Shown: positions 28,929 through 38,666 of the stretch, one piece after another
Numbering within the stretch: the first letter of the stretch is position 1
Layout of the letters: each line of letters begins with the position of its first letter
Assembly: GCA_050946835.1 (NCBI GenBank)
Contig: JBMNVN010000004.1
Location: 72,062 to 136,061, forward strand
Direction of reading: 5' to 3'
DNA: 64,000 bases
Source: Acutalibacteraceae bacterium
Lineage (GTDB): Bacteria > Bacillota > Clostridia > Oscillospirales > Acutalibacteraceae
Program-made: the position numbers and the translations under genes
The notes under the pieces: model-generated
Database searches by the model: none
Told to the model about the DNA's origin: nothing
The model's input: only the letters and a program-made list of their open reading frames with translations

Positions 28929-30338
28929 TTAACCCGCCTCTGCGGCAAGCTGTTTCGCTTCTTCCTCCGGCAAGGCCTCTCCGTGCCGCACAAAGCTTAT
29001 AAACAAAAGGGAAACTATAAAGGCAGTCGTGCAAAATCCGAACAGCGACATATATGTGCCGGTAAGAACACGCACGATGCCGAATAAAATAGGCGCCGCC
29101 ACCTGACCGGAAAAAGTAGCGGTATAGTAATAGCCTGTAAAAGTACCTACCCTGTCCAGGCCCCCTATGGACCAAACCAGGGGGAGGGTATTTACGTTTA
29201 CAAAAAGGGAAGCCGCACCGCCTATGGCAATGGCGGGCCAAATCAACCAAAGCTGTTTTGTGATAGTGAAAGCGGCGAACACTGCTATTAATGCGCAAAG
29301 ACCGCTGACTATAACTTTTTTGCGGCCGAATTTTTTGCCGAGTATCCCCGCCGGAAAAGCCGCCAAAGCTCCCGCCGCCAAAAATGCGCCAATCATCAGT
29401 GTGGCACTGGCGGTATCTTTACCCAACACTTCCGCAGCGAACAAGGCAAAGAAAGTGGTGACGGAGTTGGTTCCGATAAACAGGAAAAACAGGGCGCACA
29501 TCATGAAAATAAGGCTTTTTCTTTCTTCTTTATTGAGTTTGCTCCCCTGTTTCTTTTTGCTCTTGCCGGGGGCGCCGCTTCCGTGAGCCGGGTCTGTCCT
29601 GCTGTCGGCTTCTTTTACAAAGACGGAAACTATCAGGGTACCCAAAATCATCACTATTGCGCCGAAAATAAATACGGCGCGGCGCTCTTCATTCAGTTCA
29701 GTATCATAACCGAATATAGCGGCCAAAAGCTTACCCGCTATAACAGCCAAAAAGGCGCCTATGCCGCCCGTTACGGAAATGACCGAGTTTGCTTCACTGC
29801 GCAAATGGGGGGCGGTTAAATCCGGCATGAGAGCCATAACCGGTGAACGCCAAAGGGACATGAGGAACACAAAACCTATGATGCAAATCATAAGGGTGGG
29901 GATGGTCGGCATAAAGGGTATGAGTGCAAAAAGAAGTGCGGACAGGGGGGCAAACAAAATTACAAAGGGTCTGCGTTTGCCCAAACGGGAACGGGTTCTG
30001 TCTGAAAGCCTGCCGAAAAGAGGCTGAAATATGACACCGAAGATGTTGTCAAAGGTCATAATAATGCCGACAAAAAGCGGAACAAGAGTAAAGCCCCCGG
30101 CGGCAGAACCGACATTCTCACCCTGGGCCTGCATAAACTCCAGCAAAAAGGGGTAACGGTTTGCAAGGTCGGCCCCCAAGCGGGTAACAAAGTCGGATTG
30201 ACTGAGTTTTTCACTCAGCAACTTGGACACATAGGGGTCATATATTGACCAGGCCACCATGCTCCCTAAAAAACCGCAGCCGATAATAAATGTTTTAAAA
30301 TAATTAACCTTATCTTTATTTACAATTACGCTATCCAT
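28929..30338 (-). CDS. MFS transporter (paralog A)
   Basis: 469 aa, about 12 TM helices. Collinear similarity to the adjacent 474-aa gene (SKLLSEKL..., GGFTLVPLFVGIIMTFDNIFGVIFQP, RVGTFTGYYYTATFS). Confidence 0.8.
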   Translation of the reverse strand: MDSVIVNKDKVNYFKTFIIGCGFLGSMVAWSIYDPYVSKLLSEKLSQSDFVTRLGADLANRYPFLLEFMQAQGENVGSAAGGFTLVPLFVGIIMTFDNIFGVIFQPLFGRLSDRTRSRLGKRRPFVILFAPLSALLFALIPFMPTIPTLMICIIGFVFLMSLWRSPVMALMPDLTAPHLRSEANSVISVTGGIGAFLAVIAGKLLAAIFGYDTELNEERRAVFIFGAIVMILGTLIVSVFVKEADSRTDPAHGSGAPGKSKKKQGSKLNKEERKSLIFMMCALFFLFIGTNSVTTFFALFAAEVLGKDTASATLMIGAFLAAGALAAFPAGILGKKFGRKKVIVSGLCALIAVFAAFTITKQLWLIWPAIAIGGAASLFVNVNTLPLVWSIGGLDRVGTFTGYYYTATFSGQVAAPILFGIVRVLTGTYMSLFGFCTTAFIVSLLFISFVRHGEALPEEEAKQLAAEAG

Positions 30339-30347
30339 CTTTTTCCG

Positions 30348-31772
30348 TTAATCCCCCTGCATTTCCGCTTCTTTAATAACCTCAGCGGGAATAGCCTCGC
30401 CGTGGCGCACCTGGGAAATGCACAGCAACGACAACGCAAAGGCAATGGGGCAGAATACAAACAAAGACATATAGGTACCGCTTAAAACCCGAACGATACC
30501 GTAGGCAATGGGGGCGGCTACCTGAGCGGAGAAAGTGGCGGTGTAGTAATAACCGGTGAAGGTGCCCACTCTTTCAATGCCGCCGATTTCCAGCACTAAA
30601 GGCAGGGTGTTCACGGTAATAAACATATTGGCGGCACCGCCTACCACTAATGCGGGCCAGATAAGCCACATCTGTTTTGTTATTGCATAAAGGCCGAACA
30701 TGACTATAAAGGCAATCAAGCCGGAAAGAATCATTTTTTTGCGCCCGAACTTTGTGCCCAACTTGCCTGCAGGTATGGCTGACGCCATTGACGCCAACCC
30801 GAACACACCGAGCATCAAGGTAGCCTGAGCGGTAGTTTTGCCAAGAATCTCATCTGCAAAAAGAGCAAAGAAGGTTTGGATAGAGTTGGCGCCGGCAAAG
30901 AGGAAGAACAGCCCCGCCAGCATAAACAACAGGCTTCTTCTTTCAGGTTTACTGAGTTTAAGTTGTTTAAGTTTTTCTTTCTCTTTCTTTTTAGCTTTTT
31001 CCTTATCAAACTCGCCGGATGCATATTCCGCTCTTTTTTCCAAACGGCTGTCCGGCTCCTTGACAAAAAAGGCTAAAACGAGGGTACCTAAAATCATAAC
31101 GGTTGCGCCGAGAAGGAATACATAGGGCCTTTCTTCATTCTGCTTGCTGTCAAAGCCGAAAATCATACACAGCATTGTCCCCGCAAACATACCTATAAGA
31201 CCGCCGATACCGCCGGTGAGATTGATTATGGCGTTTCCTTCACTGCGAAGAGCGGGAGGGGTCAAGTCCGGCATAAGGGCTACAACCGGAGCACGCCAGG
31301 TGGACATAACAAAAACGAAAAGGATTACCACCGCCATTAAAGCGGGAACGGTTTGCATATGGGGAATAAGGATAAACAAAATTGCCGCAATGGGCGCACC
31401 TACAAAAATAAAGGGTCTGCGTTTACCGAAGCGGGTGTGGGTATGGTCGGAAAGTTTGCCGAAAAAGGGCTGGAAGATGACGCCGAAGATATTATCAAAG
31501 GTCATGATAATGCCCACAAAGAGAGGAACCAGAGTAAAGCCGCCTCCGGCTACGCTTACATCTTCCCCCTGAGCTTCCATAAGTTTAGTCAGAAAGGGAA
31601 CTCTTTCCGCCAAACGCTGGCCGAGGTCAAATATAAAAGTGGAATCCGTGAGCTTTTCGCTGAGCAATTTGGAAACATAGGGGTCATAAATAGCCCAGGC
31701 GATAGAAGACGCCATAAAGCCGAAGCCGATCAGCAAGGTCTTTTTAACATCCAACTTCATTTTTTCCGCCAT
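30348..31772 (-). CDS. MFS transporter (paralog B)
   Basis: 474 aa. Tandem paralog of 28929-30338. Confidence 0.8.
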   Translation of the reverse strand: MAEKMKLDVKKTLLIGFGFMASSIAWAIYDPYVSKLLSEKLTDSTFIFDLGQRLAERVPFLTKLMEAQGEDVSVAGGGFTLVPLFVGIIMTFDNIFGVIFQPFFGKLSDHTHTRFGKRRPFIFVGAPIAAILFILIPHMQTVPALMAVVILFVFVMSTWRAPVVALMPDLTPPALRSEGNAIINLTGGIGGLIGMFAGTMLCMIFGFDSKQNEERPYVFLLGATVMILGTLVLAFFVKEPDSRLEKRAEYASGEFDKEKAKKKEKEKLKQLKLSKPERRSLLFMLAGLFFLFAGANSIQTFFALFADEILGKTTAQATLMLGVFGLASMASAIPAGKLGTKFGRKKMILSGLIAFIVMFGLYAITKQMWLIWPALVVGGAANMFITVNTLPLVLEIGGIERVGTFTGYYYTATFSAQVAAPIAYGIVRVLSGTYMSLFVFCPIAFALSLLCISQVRHGEAIPAEVIKEAEMQGD

Positions 31773-31882
31773 TTTTAATCTCCTTTACTATGTGATGTAG
31801 TGTTCAAACCGGGATATCCGGATTTTTTTAACAAAGGGCTGCCGCGAAAAATCGGACAACCCCGTTTATAAACAAAGCTCCG

Positions 31883-32437
31883 TCAAAACAGAAATCCGAG
31901 AACAGTCACTAAAACGGCCAATATAACCGTTCCCGAATACTGTTCCGCATAAGCACCGCCGTACATAACAGAGGCGGGAATAAAGAGAAGTATTTTCCAA
32001 ATCATCTTCGCATTACTTTCTTTGCCGTAAAGTTTTTCCCACAAAAGCATGGCATCTTCCACCAAAGGAAAAACATTGGTCAAAAAAGCGATGCCCAGAT
32101 AAAGAAGTATCAGATAAAAGTAAAAGACACCAACTCTTTCCCCCGTCTGAACATCCAGCGGTCTGACACCTAAATAAAGAACGTTAACCGCTCCGGCAAT
32201 AAACATGGGCACACCGATAATGCGGTTGAAAAGCCCGGGCAGCCAGCAGAGCAGAAAGGCCTTAGGCAGTGTTTCGGGGAACTCGTGTTCCACATGCCCC
32301 AAACGTTCATCAAAGGTCAAATAACCTTCGGTTTCTATCGGCAAACCTAAAATGCGGCAAACCAGATGTTCCCAAAAAGTTTTGAGGTAAGCTCCGGGTA
32401 AAGTGAAGGCTTTACCCAACACATAAAGCATACTCAT
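31883..32437 (-). CDS. hypothetical membrane protein
   Basis: 184 aa, about 4 TM helices. Its start ATG overlaps the upstream stop codon in an ATGA junction at 32434-32437. Confidence 0.6.
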   Translation of the reverse strand: MSMLYVLGKAFTLPGAYLKTFWEHLVCRILGLPIETEGYLTFDERLGHVEHEFPETLPKAFLLCWLPGLFNRIIGVPMFIAGAVNVLYLGVRPLDVQTGERVGVFYFYLILLYLGIAFLTNVFPLVEDAMLLWEKLYGKESNAKMIWKILLFIPASVMYGGAYAEQYSGTVILAVLVTVLGFLF

Positions 32438-34140
32438 AGCACATCCCCCTTACCGCCGATAAATATATCCCGCACGGTTTTTTCGCCGTCTTTAACTGCG
32501 GTTACATTTTCAGACAATTTATAGCCGTTTCTTTCAATAAAGCCTACTGTTTCTTCAAACACTTCTTTTTCTTCCGCAAGCCACGCACAGAGAGCCACAG
32601 TGTTTACAAGCTCCAAAGTGGTTTCTCCGGTATAATAGGCGGATTCGTAGGCCTGATTGACGGCATTGTAGGCGCCCTTGTTATCATTCTTGAGCAGCAG
32701 AGCGATCGCCTGCTGACGGAAGAGTTCACTTTTGCCCGGCATCGGACCCTGCTCCTGAATCTGAGCCAATCCTTTTACAGCGGTTTCCAAAGCGGCCTCA
32801 ACATCACCTTGTCTGCGTTGGATTTCCGCCTTAAAAGCGTAGGTAGCGGGGTTTTCCGGATTATACTTGTCCATTTCATCGCTTATTTCCATCGCCCGGT
32901 CATATTCACCGCGTATGCAATAAACGCGCCCCTTCATGGAATAGGCCTGCAAACTGTTTTTATTGACAGCGATGAGGGCATCGCAAACTTCCGACATCTC
33001 GTCATATTTATCAAGCCGGTTATAGCAATCCGCCAGGTAGTAGCCGTAAAGCCATAGGGCATCCGGAGCAAGGGATTTTACAGACAGCAAATGTTCCAGT
33101 TCGGCTTCGGCTCCCTTGCCCGCTATAACGGCAACAAATGTTTTGTAATATTCAAGGAAATAGGGTTCGTAAAGGCCGGCATTTTCTCCTGTTTTGAGTT
33201 CATCTATCTTTTTAATAAGCTCGTCATAGGGAACATTCTCCGGCGAGGCTTCCTGATATTCGGACAATATGGGGTCAACCGCCTCTTGAGCAACCTTGAA
33301 AGCGTTGTACATGTCAAGATACTGCTTCAGACTTTTGAATCCGTATTTTTTTATGGCCTTTTCGTCAAGCTTAAGTTCTTCCAAGGTATATCCCGCCGCC
33401 AAAGGACCTTTTGCCAATGCGGTTACTTTCAACTCTTTAAGCAGGGTTTTTCTTCCCCTTGAAAACAATATGCTCTCATCGGCAGGGTAACCCGTGCCGT
33501 CATCTTTAGTGAAAGCAGCGCCAAATATGGAATTCAGCTCATCCACCCGGTCCTGTGCTTCGGTATATGACGCAAGAGCGTCATTCAGCCTGTCCTTACG
33601 GGCAAGTATGTCACCTTCAAAAACGGCCATGGCAACATCCGTTGAAAACACGGCGAATGCAAAGGCGACAACCGTTAAAAGAAAGGCCGCAACCGCAATC
33701 AAAAAGCTGTACCATTTTAGCGGAACTTTGAGCATATCCTTCCTGCAACGGGAACAATACTCGTAATCTTCCGCTATGCTTGTGTCCCTGCGGCGGACAT
33801 TGCAGCGGACACAGAGGTCTTTATCCTCTGAATCTTCTTTGGATTTTTCGGTGTCGTCACCGGTTTCATCGGATGTGTCAAGAAGCTCCCCCGTCTCTTT
33901 ATCATCGCAGACAGGGTCAAGACATTCCCCCGTCTCTTTATCGTCGGAGACAGGGTCAACCTCCTCTTCTTCACCCAAATATTCCGTAACACCTTCGTCT
34001 GAATCGGCCCGGACTTCGCTGATTCTTTTCATGATTTCTTCAGCGGGATCTAAACCTTCGCCGGCGGAGTTGTCATCGTTATTTTTGTCAATTAAGGCCA
34101 AAGAACCGCCTCCTTTCCTATATCCTTGGTATTTTATCAT
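32434..34140 (-). CDS. zinc-ribbon / TM / TPR-repeat protein
   Basis: 568 aa. Acidic N-terminus with a 12-aa tandem repeat, then CVRCN...CSRC cysteine pairs, one TM (FLIAVAAFLLTVVAFAFAVF), and a TPR-like helical C-terminal region. Confidence 0.7.
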   Translation of the reverse strand: MIKYQGYRKGGGSLALIDKNNDDNSAGEGLDPAEEIMKRISEVRADSDEGVTEYLGEEEEVDPVSDDKETGECLDPVCDDKETGELLDTSDETGDDTEKSKEDSEDKDLCVRCNVRRRDTSIAEDYEYCSRCRKDMLKVPLKWYSFLIAVAAFLLTVVAFAFAVFSTDVAMAVFEGDILARKDRLNDALASYTEAQDRVDELNSIFGAAFTKDDGTGYPADESILFSRGRKTLLKELKVTALAKGPLAAGYTLEELKLDEKAIKKYGFKSLKQYLDMYNAFKVAQEAVDPILSEYQEASPENVPYDELIKKIDELKTGENAGLYEPYFLEYYKTFVAVIAGKGAEAELEHLLSVKSLAPDALWLYGYYLADCYNRLDKYDEMSEVCDALIAVNKNSLQAYSMKGRVYCIRGEYDRAMEISDEMDKYNPENPATYAFKAEIQRRQGDVEAALETAVKGLAQIQEQGPMPGKSELFRQQAIALLLKNDNKGAYNAVNQAYESAYYTGETTLELVNTVALCAWLAEEKEVFEETVGFIERNGYKLSENVTAVKDGEKTVRDIFIGGKGDVL

Positions 34141-34193
34141 TTTTTATATGTCATTTCAAACTATATATTAATATTTAACCTATTGTTCACACT

Positions 34194-34823
34194 TTAATTA
34201 TTTTCTGCGGCAATCTTTTTTATTGCACCGACACGAATAATAAGCAAAGCCGCCACAACGGACATAATCATTTCCGGCAACATGTAGGAGGCGTTGTAGA
34301 CAAAGGAATACGCAATCACCACGCCCGTTGCAGTGAAACGGCTGAGGATTGCGGCGCTCAGCGCATTGTCCGCGCTTTGCAGGGCACTTTCGGCATAGGA
34401 GCCCCAGATGATTATTCCGGAGGTGAAATGGGCGGCAAGCCGCAGGAACATTGCCAAAATGCAGCCGAGGCTGAATGCCGCCGCAGGGGATTTTATACGT
34501 TTTTTAAAAACGCCGCCAAAGCCCAATACGGCAAAGGCTAAAATATAGTCGATAAAAAGCACCGCCAAAACCGTTGCAACACTCTGCCCGGCAAAGGCGG
34601 AGGTTGTCATTGCACCCAAAAGAGCCTGTAATACTCCGTAAACACCTCCGCATAGAAGACCCCAAGGCAGACCGAACAAATAGGCCGCCAGCATTATCGG
34701 CACCATGCTGAACATTGTCACCGAGCCGCCGTAAGGCAACTCAAAAACTTTTACCATGGAAAGCATTGTCCCCAGGGCTATAAGAATTGCGCTTACCGTC
34801 AATCTTCTTAATCTGTTTTTCAT
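34194..34823 (-). CDS. thiT: thiamine ECF-transporter S component ThiT
   Basis: 209 aa. It resembles B. subtilis ThiT/YuaJ (GGSVT, FIDYILAF, VYNASYMLPE) and is preceded by a TPP riboswitch. Confidence 0.86.
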   Translation of the reverse strand: MKNRLRRLTVSAILIALGTMLSMVKVFELPYGGSVTMFSMVPIMLAAYLFGLPWGLLCGGVYGVLQALLGAMTTSAFAGQSVATVLAVLFIDYILAFAVLGFGGVFKKRIKSPAAAFSLGCILAMFLRLAAHFTSGIIIWGSYAESALQSADNALSAAILSRFTATGVVIAYSFVYNASYMLPEMIMSVVAALLIIRVGAIKKIAAENN

Positions 34824-34844
34824 TTTTTTATCCTCCTAAAAGTT

Positions 34845-34875
34845 TCACGCTCGGAGTATTATCTTCCGAGCGTGA
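34845..34875 (-). terminator. expression-platform hairpin of the TPP riboswitch
   Basis: On the minus strand, CACGCUCGGA-AGAUAAUAC-UCCGAGCGUG is followed by AAACUUUUAGGAGG. It lies between the aptamer and the thiT ribosome-binding site. Confidence 0.55.
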
Positions 34876-34884
34876 AAAAAATTT

Positions 34885-34982
34885 ACTTCCTACGCCGGCA
34901 TTATCCGGATCAGGTTCGGCGCGCTTCTGTTGAGCGGCACGCACGGGTATAATCTCAGCCGGCTATACGCCAGCACCCCTTG
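34885..34982 (-). promoter_or_regulatory. TPP (THI-box) riboswitch aptamer
   Basis: The minus strand reads AAGGGGUGCUGG...GGCUGAGAUUAUACCC...GAACCUGAUCCGGAUAAUGCCGGCGUAGGAAGU. This carries the conserved GGGGUGC, CUGAGA, ACCC and CCUGAUCYGGAUAAUGCCRGCG elements. Confidence 0.9.
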
Positions 34983-35010
34983 TATTAAATTTTATGTTGA
35001 GTTTGAAATA

Positions 35011-36480
35011 TTACTGTTTTGATGCAGCCTCGGCTTTGCCTTCGGGAGTGTCCCTGTAATACTGAGTTTTAGGGGAAGCATGTTTTCTGCCGTTCCAGAG
35101 TTTTTCGCTTTCCACAGCCCACTCCGCCGCATAGCGGTCACACCGGCCGCAAAGAGTTTCCACATCCTCGGGCGCCTGAAGATCCGTGGACTTTGCGCCG
35201 GTTATACCTACTATTTCACGCAGGCGCTCCGGATTTTCCAGCATGGGGCAGGGACGCAAATGGTTATCATTAAAAGGTTGATTATAATAAAAGGTTTTGA
35301 ATAACGGGTTTTGCAGTGCTTCTAAAAGGGTATGGGTACGAATATTGGAGTCGGAGTAATGGATGAAAACACAGGGTTCCATATCTCCGGCGGAGTTGAT
35401 ATGAAAATAGTTGCGGCCGCCGGCAATACAGCCCCCTACATATTCCCCGTCATTTTGGAAGTCTACCATAAACAGGGGATTACCCGTTTTGGAGTTTCTG
35501 GAAGCACGCAGCCAATGATAGATATGTTTGCGCTGCTCCGGCGTGGGTACAAGACTTATATCGGTATTTTTACCCACGGGCATGTAGTGAAAATACCAGG
35601 CAAACTTAACCCCTTTCTCTATCATCAAATCCACAAAGGCTTGGCTGGTAACACTTTCAATGTTTTGGCTGGTATAGCAGACGGAAATCCCGAAAAGGCA
35701 ACCGTTCTTCTTCAACAGATCCATGGCGCGCAGGGCCTGTTCTCCGCTGCCCTCGCCCCTGCGGGCGTCGTTTTCTTCAACACTGCCCTCCATACTGATA
35801 GCCAAGGACAAATTCCCAACCCGCTTCATCTCGGTACAAAAGGCTTCGTCCACAAGGGTGGCATTTGTGTAGGACAAAAAGGCGCAATCGGGATGGGCTT
35901 CGCAAAGTTTAATAACATCATTTTTTCTCAAAAGGGGTTCGCCGCCGGTGAACATATAAAAATGGGTTCCCAGCTCCACACCCTGACTTACAATACTGTC
36001 AAGTTCTTCAAAGCTTAAACCCTGGTCATGACCGTACTCGGCGGACCAACAGCCCTTACACCTTTTATTGCAGGCGCTGGTCGGATCCAAAAGAATCTGG
36101 AAAGGAATATTGCATTTGTATTTTTCACGATTTTTACGCACCGCTTTTGTGCCCCTGTAGCCCGCACCCAAACCGAGGGCAAGCATTGTTTTTTTGAGCA
36201 CATCACGGTCAACATCACGAATAACGCCCATAACAAAACGGTTCCAGACATTATCAGGATCCGCCAACGCTTCCCGACCCTTTTCAAAGGCGGAGGCAGG
36301 GAAAAGCTTACCCGTGATTTTCTGCGCCAAATTCAAGAGTTTGAGAAGATTTTTTTGCGGCTCTTTCTCAATATATCTCAGTATTCTGTCAAGTGCGATA
36401 TTGGCAGCCGACCACTGAATTTTTTCAATTACATTCAAAAAATCACCTTCCGAGAAAGCCTTCCGGCAATCAATGTGCAA
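35011..36480 (-). CDS. radical SAM protein with C-terminal Cys-rich (SPASM-like) region
   Basis: 489 aa. CNKRCKGC (CX3CX2C) motif, FTGGEPLL, and C-terminal GGCIAGG...GDMEPCVF...RPCP cysteines. An N-terminal extension of about 120 aa has unknown function. Confidence 0.85.
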   Translation of the reverse strand: MHIDCRKAFSEGDFLNVIEKIQWSAANIALDRILRYIEKEPQKNLLKLLNLAQKITGKLFPASAFEKGREALADPDNVWNRFVMGVIRDVDRDVLKKTMLALGLGAGYRGTKAVRKNREKYKCNIPFQILLDPTSACNKRCKGCWSAEYGHDQGLSFEELDSIVSQGVELGTHFYMFTGGEPLLRKNDVIKLCEAHPDCAFLSYTNATLVDEAFCTEMKRVGNLSLAISMEGSVEENDARRGEGSGEQALRAMDLLKKNGCLFGISVCYTSQNIESVTSQAFVDLMIEKGVKFAWYFHYMPVGKNTDISLVPTPEQRKHIYHWLRASRNSKTGNPLFMVDFQNDGEYVGGCIAGGRNYFHINSAGDMEPCVFIHYSDSNIRTHTLLEALQNPLFKTFYYNQPFNDNHLRPCPMLENPERLREIVGITGAKSTDLQAPEDVETLCGRCDRYAAEWAVESEKLWNGRKHASPKTQYYRDTPEGKAEAASKQ

Positions 36481-36518
36481 ATATTATCACACAGCGGCGA
36501 AAAAGTCCAACAAGATTA

Positions 36519-37763
36519 TTAAGACGCTTCCTCCGGCTCATGCTTCTTTTGTTTTCTTCTCAATTTGAAAACACTCAGGAGTACCAATAACGGAAATACA
36601 CTCACCGCCAAAAAACCTGTCCTCATCCCCACGGCCTGAGTTCCAGGAAAGCCAAGTTTCTGCATAATAAGCGGGGCTTTGTCGGAAATTAATCCGAGTG
36701 TCCAGGGGCCGGTCGCCGCACCGATATCCCCGGCGGCCGCCAACAGAGCAAACATGGAAGTGCCCGCCAAGGGAAACTTTTCTGCCGCTATAACCAAAGT
36801 CCCGGGCCACAAAAGGCTGACCCCCAGACCGCAGAAAGCGCAGGCGAAAAGTGACAACACGGGGAAAGGTGAAAAAGCTGCCGTTATAAAACAGGCAAGC
36901 GAAATAACGCCCCCTAAAAGCATGGCCTTGTAAATATCCAATTTGCCGCTCATTTTTCCGTAATAAGTTCTGCCTATACCCAGTGTCAGAGCAAAAACAC
37001 CTACGCCGGCATAATCGCCGATTATCTTCGGAATACCGACAGCCGCCTCCAAAAAGCTTGATGCCCATTGAGCCATGGCGTTTTCCGCCACGGCTCCCGC
37101 CATTATGCACACCAGACACAGCATAAAAAAGCGGTTTTTAATAATCTCACCCGTTCTGGTGCGGTGTTGCTCGGGTACCATAGGCGCAAGAGGCACTTTG
37201 AGAAAGAAAAAGGTATTTAATAAAGGTAAAATGCTCCAAAACAGCATTATTAAGTACCAACGCTCCGCCCCAAATAAAGCCAACAGCAGAGAACTTGCAA
37301 GGACAACCGTCAACTGTCCCCAAGCATAAAAGGCGTGGAGAAGGCTCATTGCTTTGGCTTTTTCCGGCGTAGGGATGGCGTTGACAATAGGACTTAACAG
37401 AACTTCCAGCAGACCGCCGCCGAAAGAATATACAATTGTAGAAACCGCAAAACCCAAGTAGTTACGGGAGGGCAGGAATGCGGAAAGGGCGTAAAGAAAA
37501 AGACCGGTGAAGGCAAGGGCATGACCGGCAACTATAAAAAAGCGAACCCCTCTTTTGTCGGCAATACGGCTGAACAGCAGATCCACCGCAACCTGGGTAA
37601 TAAAGTTTATGAGCGCAAGACGTCCCATTTTCTCAAATGTCAGGTTATAGCGGCTTATAAGTGTTAAAAATAAAATCGGAGCCGCATTTATAATGGCGGC
37701 TTGAACAAAATGGCCCAGATAGCAGGCGTATATAGTGGATTTATACGAAGGAGTGTTTTGCAT
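36519..37763 (-). CDS. MFS transporter
   Basis: About 12 TM helices. The likely start is MQNTPSYKS at 37763. The ORF track extends to 37817, overlapping the sortase gene. Confidence 0.8.
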   Translation of the reverse strand: MQNTPSYKSTIYACYLGHFVQAAIINAAPILFLTLISRYNLTFEKMGRLALINFITQVAVDLLFSRIADKRGVRFFIVAGHALAFTGLFLYALSAFLPSRNYLGFAVSTIVYSFGGGLLEVLLSPIVNAIPTPEKAKAMSLLHAFYAWGQLTVVLASSLLLALFGAERWYLIMLFWSILPLLNTFFFLKVPLAPMVPEQHRTRTGEIIKNRFFMLCLVCIMAGAVAENAMAQWASSFLEAAVGIPKIIGDYAGVGVFALTLGIGRTYYGKMSGKLDIYKAMLLGGVISLACFITAAFSPFPVLSLFACAFCGLGVSLLWPGTLVIAAEKFPLAGTSMFALLAAAGDIGAATGPWTLGLISDKAPLIMQKLGFPGTQAVGMRTGFLAVSVFPLLVLLSVFKLRRKQKKHEPEEAS

Positions 37764-37786
37764 CGGACACGGCCTTTCTGAAAAAA

Positions 37787-38362
37787 TCAGTCGTTCTGGA
37801 TTGCATCTCGGGTACAACGCACAGTAACCCGCATCCGTCCTCGGTAATCACAGGTAAAAACGGTCAAATCCCAATCTTCGTTTTTCATCTCCTCAACCTG
37901 TGTTCTTCCCAATATTTCAACTCCCTTGACCGTATGGGCAAATTTCACACCGGTAACATCAGTGAAATATATTTTATCCCCCTCAACCAATTTGCCGAGG
38001 TTGGCAAAATGGCGGGCATAGTTATGCCCCGCTATAACAAAGGCCTCATCATCAAAATAGCCGGAATATCTGCAGGGCGCAATTTTAAGCAGAGGGTAAC
38101 TCCAGGAACTGAGTACGGGCAGTCTGATTCCCTGAGAAGGGATATCCAAAATGCCGATATATTCATTTCCGTCTTCCATGACAACCGTCTTTTTAGAATA
38201 ATCCGCTTTTAATTCAATTATTGACTTTTCCAACTCAGGCAAAATTTCTTCAGAAGCGGCGTATGCCTCGCTTTCTTCCCGTGCGTTGTAAAGCGACAGT
38301 CCCAACGCTCCTAAAATCATAATCAAGCCGAGAATCATTGCGACAATTCCGCGTTTTCTCAT
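37787..38362 (-). CDS. sortase family transpeptidase (small, non-class-C)
   Basis: 191 aa. N-terminal TM, AGHNY..HF His motif, TVFTC catalytic Cys motif, and the downstream Arg in RVTVRC. Confidence 0.8.
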   Translation of the reverse strand: MRKRGIVAMILGLIMILGALGLSLYNAREESEAYAASEEILPELEKSIIELKADYSKKTVVMEDGNEYIGILDIPSQGIRLPVLSSWSYPLLKIAPCRYSGYFDDEAFVIAGHNYARHFANLGKLVEGDKIYFTDVTGVKFAHTVKGVEILGRTQVEEMKNEDWDLTVFTCDYRGRMRVTVRCTRDAIQND

Positions 38363-38633
38363 ATCTCTTTTCTTAGCGGGACTCCGCTCGGCCAGGGCAA
38401 CCGCTGAGTGAAAAGCTTTGCATTATATTTAACGCAGTATGCTTTTTAATTTTCTCCCGCTAATACTCCCTTCAATTATTGCAAACAATTAAAATGATAT
38501 GACTGTTTATAATAAGTATAATAGTCATCGACAATGTTTTCAACCGCATATTAACAATACTTCGCAGGGCAAAATTTGAATTTTACGGAGTGTTCTCCAT
38601 ATTTTTCAGAAGATTTTCTTGATTTTCTCCGGT

Positions 38634-38654
38634 TAATGGAGTATTATTCCATTA
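38634..38654 (+). promoter_or_regulatory. inverted repeat upstream of abiEi (candidate operator)
   Basis: The repeat reads taatgga-gtattat-tccatta and ends 12 nt before the abiEi ATG. A second small palindrome, ggag-tgtt-ctcc, lies at 38587-38598. Confidence 0.3.
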
Positions 38655-38666
38655 AGAGGTGAAGAT

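Noticed and set aside
35332-36018. 228-aa plus-strand ORF.
   Set aside because: It is antisense to the radical SAM gene, which carries clear CX3CX2C and GGEP motifs. It is a shadow ORF.
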